64,000 nucleotides of DNA from positions 1,152,001 through 1,216,000 of the forward strand of contig CAWGXH010000004.1 in NCBI GenBank assembly GCA_963826525.1, written 5' to 3'. The notes below the pieces were generated by a model. That model did no database searches and was not told the origin of the DNA. It saw only the letters and a program-made list of their open reading frames with translations. Source of the stretch: an uncultured Methanomicrobiaceae archaeon. Lineage in GTDB: Archaea; Halobacteriota; Methanomicrobia; Methanomicrobiales; Methanoculleaceae. Numbering within the stretch: position 1 is the first letter of the stretch; every line of letters starts with the position of its first letter. A program made the translations under genes and the position numbers. This document shows, one piece after another, positions 55,204-64,000 of the stretch.

Positions 55204-57004
55204 ATGCCTAAAAATCAGTATTGCCGTTCCGTCTGGCGGGAAAACCTCTATACTGAAGGGGATATTGTCAGGATGGTGGCGATACTGGCATTTGTGGCGT
55301 TATCACTCATGATAACCGCATATGCCCTTCCGAATCAGGCAGGCCACTTTTATCTGCTCATCTATTGTATCCCGATCATTCTGATCTCGCTCTGGTTCCC
55401 CCGGCAGGGGGTCAAGGTGACGACGTTCCTCGTTGCCGGGTTCCTTCTCATCAACCTCTACTACTCAATGGGCGGAGTCCCGGTCGATCCCATCCTGTCC
55501 GGGTTATATGCTTCGATCTTCTTCTGGATGCTCGGTGCTACGTCTCTTTTCACCCGGAATGTAAACCTCGCTGTTTCGCGATACCGGAAACTGATCGAGG
55601 ATGCCGAGGATGCACGATTTCTCTGTGACGCCGGAACGCTCCGGATTCTTGCCGTGAATCTGAGATGCGCAGAGATCTTCGGCTACGAGCCGTATGAACT
55701 GGTCGGTGTTCCTCCCGAGACGCTCTGGGGGGATGAAGCGGAGCGGCTGGCGTTTGCAGAGACGATGGGGCGGGAGGGATACGTCGGGAACCTTGAACAG
55801 ACATTTCTTTCAAAGGGCGGCGAGGTGAACGAGGTTCTCCTTTCGGGAAGAGCCCTCCTGCCCGACAATATCTTTGAGTGTTCGCTCGTCAACATCGGGC
55901 AGCTCCGTAGTGAGCGGGATCTGCTGCTCAAGTCGAATGGCCGCCTCCAGCGGCTCATCTATCAGTCTCACGATCTCATCTTCATGCAGGATACGAGCGG
56001 CAGGTTCGTCCACTTTTACTGGCTCTGGGCGGCAGAGAACGGTATCGACCCGTCGGAGATGATCGGGAAGACAATAGATGCTCTCCTACCGTCCGAGGCA
56101 GCCGAACGCTACCAGTCACGGCTTTGCGAGGTTATCGAAACCCGGGCGACGATATGCTCCGAGCTCACCTGTGGGATCAACGGCTCCACCCGTGTTCTCT
56201 CGATGACGCTCGGGCCCATGCCAGGGCCGGATGGAGAACTCGTCGGCGTGGTCGGAACGGCACGCGATATCACCGAGATGAAGCAGCAGAGACTGGCGTG
56301 CATGCAGCTTGAATGGGAGATCGACCAGTGGAAGGAGTTCATCACGACTGCCGCCCACGAGCTGCGCACACCGCTTCAGCCGATCGTCGGATACCTGAGG
56401 CTGATGCTCGACGATCCCGAGTACTACGCTCTGAACGCCGAGTCCTGTCGCCTGCTTGCGCTCTGTCTTGAGAGTTCGAGCCACGAGTGCGCGGTGGTCG
56501 ATACGATGCTCGAGCTGAGTCCTGCTCGCGATGGAGCATGTCGAACTGCAGATATCGGATGTTGCCGTGCACCTGCTCATCGAAAGGGTCATTGCCGATG
56601 GGGGGTATGATCGGGATGCGGTGATCGCCAACGAGGTGCCGAAAGGGCTGCATATTCGGGGCGATCGCGATCGACTGCACCAGGTTCTGGAGAGTCTGCT
56701 CTCCAATGCAGTAAAGTATAATAAACCGCCGAGAAGAGTATGGATACGGTACACCGGATCAAATCAGAACCATTATATTATGGTAATCGATAATGGCATC
56801 GGTATCCCGGGTGATGTAATGGGCTCGATCTTCAGGCCGTTTTACATCGGTGACGCATCACAGCTCAACCGGCAATGCGGGCGTCTTGGTCTTGGGCTTT
56901 CCATTGCCAGAAAGTATATCAGAATGCATGGGGGAGACATATCCGTGACCAGTGATCTGGGGGCAGGTAGTACCTTTACCGTTCGAATATCCAAGGAGAT
57001 GTAA
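55204..57004 (+). CDS. Membrane PAS-PAS sensor histidine kinase (frameshift near 56520)
   Basis: TMs, PAS, H-box AHELRTPL; N/G boxes LLSNAVKY, DNGIGI, GLGLSI in ORF 56531-57004. Confidence 0.88.
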
Positions 57005-57006
57005 AT

Positions 57007-57432
57007 ATGGGCGAAAAAATCATGGTGGTAGACGATGATCTGCCGACCCTCGAAGTGATGGAGTTATTGTTGCGCAAGATTGATCGGGAGCCGGTTCTGG
57101 TGCATAATGGGTGGGATGCACTCCGTATCCTGAAGAAAGAGCGGCCCGCGCTGATCATTCTTGATGTGATGATGTCTCCCATCGACGGGTGGCAGTTCCT
57201 TGAAGAGCTGAAACGAAACGAGGAACTCAAAGAGATCCCCGTCCTGCTCTTCACCGCAAAGCATGTCTGGCCGGAGGAATACTCGCGGTATGCAGACGAT
57301 ATTGTCGGTGTCCTGGAGAAACCGATCTCACTTGCGGAATTAAAGGCAGTTCTTGAGAGAGTTCTTCCCAAAGAGAACTCTCATTATTTGAAGGATGCCG
57401 CCAGCGGTGCTTCACATCCGGGCGGCAGATAA
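57007..57432 (+). CDS. Single-domain response regulator (REC)
   Basis: VVDDD, ILDVMM, FTAK, EKP. Confidence 0.9.
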   Translation: MGEKIMVVDDDLPTLEVMELLLRKIDREPVLVHNGWDALRILKKERPALIILDVMMSPIDGWQFLEELKRNEELKEIPVLLFTAKHVWPEEYSRYADDIVGVLEKPISLAELKAVLERVLPKENSHYLKDAASGASHPGGR

Positions 57433-57654
57433 CGACAACGTGCATATACGTGTGCTGACTCTTTTTTGCATCTCCGCTCGCCCGGCAAGCTGCCGGGTAC
57501 GTGATTGGAGGTGTCCCGCCCGGTGTCATCCCGTCCCTGCGTCGGCCGCCCCGGAAGGCATCGTGGAGCGTGTGAATCTTCGGCCAGTCCGCTTCCGGCA
57601 AACCGAAAGGAATTTTTGTCTCCGGTGCCGGTATACCGCTTTAGTGGATGTTCG

Positions 57655-58982
57655 ATGAAGGTAACTGATCTGCCGGCCGCCCCTTCACTGCAGGAGTATC
57701 GGGGAATCATCGGAGAGGAGAGGATCGCGGCGCTCGAAGGCCTTGCAGACCGGCTTGCCGGTGTTACGTTTCAGGAGATCAACTCCACCCGGTCCGGTGG
57801 CGGGGTCGCCGAGATCTTAAACTCCTACATCCCCTTCCTCCGGGCTCTCGGCCTTGAGACGACGTGGAGCGTCATGGAAGCGGATGCCCCGTTTTTTGAC
57901 GTGACAAAGACGCTCCATAACTTTCTGCAGGGCAGGGACGGCTTTTCACCGTCGATGATCGAGGTCTACTGGGAGACGCTGCGGAAGAATGAGGGTCTGA
58001 TCGACGACGATGCCGACGTCGTCACCATCCACGACCCGCAGCCGCTCGGGCTGATCGAGTATGCAACCCGCGACGACCTTGAGCGGAAGCGATTCATCTG
58101 GCGGTGCCATGTCCAGCTCGAGACGCTCTCCGTCGACACGGTCAGCGAGATAGGGAGGTTTATGAAGAAACTCGTGGAGCAGTACCATGCGAGCGTCTTC
58201 TCGAGTATGCAGTACCTTCCGCTCTGGCAGGTCCCGAGTTTCATCATACCTCCGTTCATCGACCCGCTCTCGGAGAAGAACCGTGATCTCACCGAGCAGG
58301 AGATCAACGGCGTTCTCGCGAAGGTACGGCATCGAGACGGAAACGCCGCTTATCACCCAGGTCTCGCGATACGATACCTTCAAAGACCCTGTCGGTGTCA
58401 TCGAGGCTTTTCGAAGGGTCAGAGAGAAGGTTCCCTGCCAGCTGCTTCTCGTCGGCGGACGGGCGTGCGACGACCCCGAGTGTTTCCTCGTCCTGCGGAA
58501 TGTCAGGGAGGCCGCGGAGGATCATCCCGACATCCACATTCTGGATCTCCCCTCGGACAGTCACTTGGAGATCAACGCCCTGCAGAGAGCCTCTGCGATC
58601 ATCGTGCAGAAGTCGCTAAAAGAGGGGTTCGGCCTCACCGTCTCGGAAGGTTTCTGGAAAGGCAAGCCCGTCGTCGGCGGTAACGTCGGCGGAATCCCGC
58701 TTCAGGTGAAGGACGGGTGGAACGGATACCTTGTCTCGACCATGCAGGAGACTGCTGATCGGCTCGTTCACCTCCTGAAGAATCCGGAGCTCTGCCGACC
58801 GGATGGGGACTCGTGGGAAGGAGTTCGTACGGGAGAACTTCCTCCTTCCGCGGGGAGTTCATGACCATCTCGCCGTCGCCGACCAGCTCGTCAACGGCAA
58901 GCTAACCGCCCGGGAGAGTGTCATCTGTTACCACCCCCGGGTGCTGAGTTCCGAGGCCGCGAACAACTTGACGGATCTCTGA
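57655..58982 (+). CDS. treT: Trehalose synthase TreT-like GT4 glycosyltransferase (frameshifted)
   Basis: INST..GGGVAEIL, FF.VTK.LHN.LQG, HDPQP, WRCH, IDPLSEKN, QKSLKEGFGLTVSE..WKG. Confidence 0.8.
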
Positions 58983-59037
58983 TGCCGGACGCGATGCACT
59001 TATATACCAGAGCCGGGTGAGATGTTGCCCGGTTCTC

Positions 59038-59474
59038 ATGAGGATCGCTGTTGCATGGTACTGGCCGCGGGGGGCTCGACGACACGATAGCCCCGGTCTT
59101 CGGGGCTGCCACCGTCTTTACGCTGGTCGATTCCGACGTTCAGACGATCACCGGAGTTACGCTTGTTCCCGGAGCCGGCACGGGGACCGCCCGAACCCTC
59201 ATTGAGCGAGGGGTGGACGCCGTGATCGCCGGTGAGTTCGAGCCCGAGGTTCTGGATGTATTCGCACCTGCGGGAATACCGACGTACCGGCTACAGAATA
59301 TGTCCGCCCGGGACGGCGTTCTGCAGTGACCTCAACCGGGCGACGGACGGCAGGATCAGGGATGCTGGGAAGGGTGATGTGCCCACCGATTACGCCACCC
59401 GGACGAGCAGTGGCGGCGTCGCGCTCGGGGCGAAGCGACGCGACTTCGGGCAGGGGCCGCCCCGGCAGCGATAG
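59038..59474 (+). CDS. NifB/NifX-family (FeMo-co binding-like) protein (frameshifted)
   Basis: MRIAVA...GLDD.I...FG.A..F.LVD, GVDAVIAG.F pattern; C-terminus continues in ORF 59232-59474. Confidence 0.6.
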
Positions 59475-59509
59475 CGCCCGGGCAGGGCGTTTTCTCCTCG
59501 CAGAGTTCC

Positions 59510-60425
59510 TTATCGTCTTGTAAGGGTTTCATGCCGCTTTCCCGCTCCCGACGGTCGAGAGTTCGTTCTTCCGAAGGAACTTGCGGTTCTTCTGGACTCG
59601 ACCCATCCCCGGTCGAGTTCCCTGACGATCGCATTGATCCGTCTTACCTGTTCTACAATCCTCCGTGATATATCCTCATCCTCGATCAGATCCGCCCGCG
59701 TTTGGATCACCCGGAGGGGGTGGCGGATATGGTCGCCGAGGGTGGCAAACTGCTCAATGTTCCTCCGGATCTGATCGGAGGCCTGCTGTTTGATCTACCG
59801 GATCGTGATCTCCCCGGTGACGTCCGGATCTGGAGAAGGTATCCCTTGACGGAGCCCTTCTCCGTCGACAGGATCGGATGTATCCAGATGTCGAGGTAGA
59901 GCGTTCCGGGATACTCTCCCGCCGGACGATCTCGTGGAGTGTCTCTCCCGAAAGGAGCGTGTCCCGTCTGCCTGCAATGCCAAATACGGTGAAGATGCTG
60001 GTATATTCGGGATCGCACCGGCTCTTTGCACCGAAGCGCGCGGTGAATGCCGGGTTGGCGTCGAGCAGTCTGCCGCCGGTGCCGCAGTAGGCGATGCCTC
60101 GAAGATGCTCTCAAACCGCCGCTCGCTCGCGATCACCTGCTTCTCCGCCCGCTTCCGTTCGGTGATATCTATGAACCCTTCAAGGGCGATACACTCGCCT
60201 TCGGGGGTCCGGTTGGCTGTTCCCTGTTCTTGGACTCACTTTTCCTCCCGAAGGGGGATGATGATCCGATAGGTGAGTGTAAACGCATTTTCCTCATGAA
60301 GTGCTACAGAAACAGCCTCCCCGACCCGTTCAGAGTCATCGGGACGGATGAGGCCGCCGTAGTGCACCTCGCGGCCGCTGGCCGGGTACACGGCTTTTGT
60401 CGGGGTATGCTCTGGGATACTGCAT
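59510..60425 (-). pseudogene. Degenerate PAS-PAS protein with HisKA-like tail
   Basis: In-frame TGA (60236-60238) in EEK*VQEQG replacing a PAS Trp; truncated 5' end; tail GDHIRHPL...ELDRGWVES. Confidence 0.65.
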
Positions 60426-60572
60426 ATCCCCCGGATAGTGCCTTTCTTTTCTCGGACTTTACCGCACGTTTCTGCTTAAAAGTAGTATTTTGAGTGGGGG
60501 ACACGATTTCAATATGAAAATCTTTAAGGTACGTATTGTGCAACTACTCTGCAGGGCGGTGTTCGCCGGGTA

Positions 60573-63211
60573 ATGCAGTACCGAAAGGATGATCTTGTTC
60601 TCTACAGTATCCTGGGATTTGTCATATTCACCCTGCTTATCGCAGATCTTGGCCTTTTTCTCCTCTCGGGCGGCGTGTACATCCTTATCACGCATCTCTT
60701 CTACTTCCCCGTAGTATTTGCGTCATTTCGCTATCCTCAAAAAGGCATTCTGCTCGCTACGTTCTGTGCCGTGGCATATATCGCCGCTATATACAGTGTC
60801 GCTTCTCCGGGGATCGGCGAACTTGCAGCTGCCACGATGCAGTTTTACGTCTTTGTCAGCCTCGGCGTCGCCATATCAGTGGTATCGGGAGATCTGAAAG
60901 TGAACGAGATGCTGTACCGCACCGTCTTCGATCATGCGGGCAGCGCAATCTGCCTCATCGATGCCCGCTCCGGGACTATCCTCGAGACGAACCGGCAGTG
61001 TACCTGGATGGCCGGAACGGCGGCCCCGGTATGGGCAGCAACATCCCTCGATCAGTTTCTGCCTGTCCGGGGCGAGCGGGAGGAGTTCCTCCGGCGATTG
61101 CGGTGCGGCGAGGCGATATCGAACTATGAGACCGATCTTGTGCTCCCGGACGGGACCGCGAAAGATCTCCTCGTCTCGGCAAGTCTCCTGCCAAACGACG
61201 TGATCATCATGACGTTCGAGGATATTACCGGGCGAAAACGTGATGAAGCAGCCCTGCGCGAGAGTGAACGACGTTTTCGGGAGCTCGCAGAACTGTTGCC
61301 CCAACCGGTCTTCGAATTCGACCGGACCGGGCTCTTTACGTTTGCCAACCGGAGCGCATTCGCGGCGTTCGGATACACCCCCGGGGATCTGCAGCGGGGC
61401 GTGCATGTCCTGCAGACGGTCGTTCCCGAAGATCGCGAACGGGCGGCGGCAGGATGATCAGGCATCTCACGGAGGGGAGGGAGCGCTCGTACTCTGCCGA
61501 ATACACTGCTATCAGAACGGACGGAAGCACGTTCCCCGCGATCATCTCATCAAGTCCCATCGACGAAGACGGGCAGGTGGCGGGTGTGCGTGGCGTCGTC
61601 GTCGATATCTCGGAACGAAAAAGGATCGAGACGCTCGACCGCGAAAATATGCGAAACCTCGAGTTCCTCTCGAGGACGGCGACGGAGTTCGCCGAGATGA
61701 CGCCGGATACCGACATCTATGCATACATCAGCGACCGCCTGCTCGAGATCTTCCCCGGCTCAGCGAGCATCGTCAGTTCCATCGACGATGCCGCCCGGAT
61801 ACTGCAGATCCGGGTTGTCGGTGGCTCCGATGCGTTTCGGGAGGCGATGGATGAGGTTCGGAAGATCAGGCCTGAAGGGTGGCGATTTGAGATTCCTCCT
61901 GTCGGCATGGCGAGCATGCTCTCCGGAGATGTCACCGAGATCCCCGGCGGCGCCCGGGAGTGCTCGTTTGGGCAGCTCTCGCCCGATCTCTCCAGACAAA
62001 TCGACGATACCTTCGGGGAAGGGCGCATATACGGGATTGGCTTTACGTGGGGCGGGCGGCTCTTCGGCGCTGCGCTTGTGCATCTTCGCACCGGGTGCGA
62101 TCTCCATGACCGAAGTATGCTGATGGCCTTTACGCATCAGGCATCCATCGCGCTGCAGCGGAGAGTGGCCGAAGACGAACTGCGTGACCGTGAGGAGCAG
62201 TACCGCACCCTCTTTGAGGATTCATCGGACGGCATCATCCTGATGACGGACGTCTTCATCGACTGCAACGAACGCGTTGTGGAGTTGCTCGGCTACTCCC
62301 GGGATGAGGTGGTGGGTCGAAAGGTGGAGGAGATCTCCCCGGCAGTTCAGCCCGACGGCACGCCTTCTGCCGACCGTGCCCGGGAGAAGGTCCGTGCCGC
62401 ACTCGCCGGAACGCCGCAGCAGTTCTCCTGGCAGCACCAGAGGAAGGACGGCACCCTTGTCGATACCGAAGTCTCCCTAAAAGTCCTGTCACTGCACGGG
62501 AAGGCCGTCCTGCAGGCCTCTCTGCGCGACGTGACCGAGCGGATCAGGGCGGAGCAGGCGATCCGGCAGATCAACCGGAAACTCCACCTGCTCTCGAGTA
62601 TTACCCGGCACGATATCTTAAACCAGATCACGGGGATCGTCGGGTACCTTGAGATCCTGAGCGATGCGATGCCCCCGGGCCCGGAGGTGCAGGACTACTT
62701 CCAGAGGATCTCCGATCTGACGAAGACTATCCAGCGGCAGATCACCTTCACCCGTGACTATGAGGATATGGGGCTTAAGGCCCCCCTGTGGCAGCGTCTC
62801 GACGACGTCGTGCACGCCGCTGCCGCAAGCCTCGACCCGGTGGCAGGCATCACCGTCCGGGTCGAAGTGGGAACCGCTGAGATCTTTGCCGACTCGATGT
62901 TAGAGAAGGTCTTCTTCAACCTCCTCGAAAACTCCCTCCGTCATGGGGGGGCGGTCTCCGAGATCCGGGTCACGTTCACCGTCAGGGAGGGGAAGGGCGT
63001 AGTCTCTATCCGCGACGACGGGAGCGGCGTTTCTGTGGCGATGAAGGAGCGGATATTCCAGAGAGGGGTCGGGAAGAATACCGGGTACGGGCTCTTCCTC
63101 GTCCGCGAGGTCCTCTCCATCACCGGAATGAGCATCCGGGAGATCGGCGAGGAGGGAAGCGGTGCCCGTTTCGAGATCCTGGTTCCGGAAGGAGTATTCC
63201 GGTGCGCCTGA
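60573..63211 (+). CDS. Membrane multi-PAS sensor histidine kinase (frameshift near 61450)
   Basis: N-terminal TMs, three PAS, GAF-like segment, ITRHDILNQ H-box, NLLENSLRHG, DDGSGV, TGYGLFL. Confidence 0.88.
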
Positions 63212-63327
63212 GCACTGCCCCCCCTGTCTGTTATCCCCGGCCTCCGTGCCGGAGCGGCTTGCCTCTTCCAGGCTTTTCACAACATTGAAGAACCTGGGGG
63301 CGGTCATACTGGTGTGAGGACGACGTT

Positions 63328-63798
63328 ATGAAGAATGTTGCCGTTGTGGAGGTAATCGATCAGAAGGTTGCGGGTCTCCGCCGACGCGGACGCTACGAAG
63401 AGATCGGCCCGATGCTCATGGAACTCTATCGGTTCGTCTCGGAGAAGGGTATCGATATCACCGGCCCGCCCGCGTTCATCTGTCACGAGATCACGCCCGA
63501 GGAGGTGATGCAGGCCGAGAAAGCCGCCGCCGCCTCTATCGAGGTGGTCTTCCCGATCGAAGGGGATGCAGCAGGAGAGGGTGAGATTGCGGTCTACGAA
63601 CTTGCCGGCGGGACGATGGCACGGATCATCCATATGGGTGCGTACCAGGACTGCAAAGAGACATACGAAGAGCTCTATGCCTGGACAGCGGCGAATCACA
63701 AGACCATCACCGGCCCTCTGCGCGAGGTCTACATGAGCGATCCCCGGGAGACACCGGAGGACGCACTCGTCACCTGGATATATGCGCCGATTGCGTGA
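63328..63798 (+). CDS. GyrI-like small-molecule-binding protein
   Basis: H.GAY......YEEL..W, GPLREVYMSDP..TP...LVT.IY.P. Confidence 0.85.
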   Translation: MKNVAVVEVIDQKVAGLRRRGRYEEIGPMLMELYRFVSEKGIDITGPPAFICHEITPEEVMQAEKAAAASIEVVFPIEGDAAGEGEIAVYELAGGTMARIIHMGAYQDCKETYEELYAWTAANHKTITGPLREVYMSDPRETPEDALVTWIYAPIA

Positions 63799-64000
63799 CA
63801 GGCCACGCATTCCTCTTTTGCATGCACGGTTGTCAGCTGGCTGAATCCCGCCATACATCCTGAACGTGCCGTTTTACATCCCGTTCGCTGCTCTCGCACA
63901 ACCTTAAATGCCATGAATGAGAGTCCCATCGTGGGTTCTGTCAGCCTCGGAGCGGGGATGGGGATCGGGTATGAATCTGGATGACGTCTTCTATGATATT

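Noticed and set aside
59038-59474. Nitrogen fixation locus
   Set aside because: A lone NifX-like protein, common in archaea; no nifHDK in the window
60236-60238. In-frame TGA as selenocysteine or other recoding
   Set aside because: It aligns to a Trp of a PAS domain in an otherwise degraded gene; no SECIS-like element was recognised

Overview
GC-rich chromosomal segment of a methanogenic archaeon, most likely Methanomicrobiales (Methanoculleus/Methanofollis-like). This is inferred from egsA, archaeal proS, the priS-GINS-rpl44e-rps27e-aIF2alpha-nop10-PAC2 cluster, EndoQ, Elp3 and Methanomicrobiales-style PAS/wHTH sensors. About 60 protein-coding genes; no rRNA, tRNA, CRISPR array, transposase or integrase was recognised. 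More than 20 genes, including essential ones (proS, aIF2alpha, GINS), are broken by single-base indels, which points to uncorrected long-read errors rather than biology; these genes were reconstructed across frames and their coordinates are approximate. Content in order: a sensory island (0.5-9.3 kb), pyruvate kinase, cbiMNQO plus cbiA/cfbB, the informational gene cluster, an AguB-AguA fusion, a wHTH-multiPAS regulator divergent from a COG1361/RND pair, a gdh-MFS-gnd sugar-oxidation cluster, korAB with a truncated ferritin, TreT and two true histidine kinases. The most notable signal is a family of four sensor proteins (CHASE4, SBP or PAS inputs) ending in one conserved HisKA-like tail (LND[H/Q]IRNPL...ELDxGWxES..R.FL) with Asp at the phospho-His position and no ATPase domain, two of them next to stand-alone extracellular Cache/SBP lipoproteins. 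All family calls come from motif recognition by eye, not database searches.
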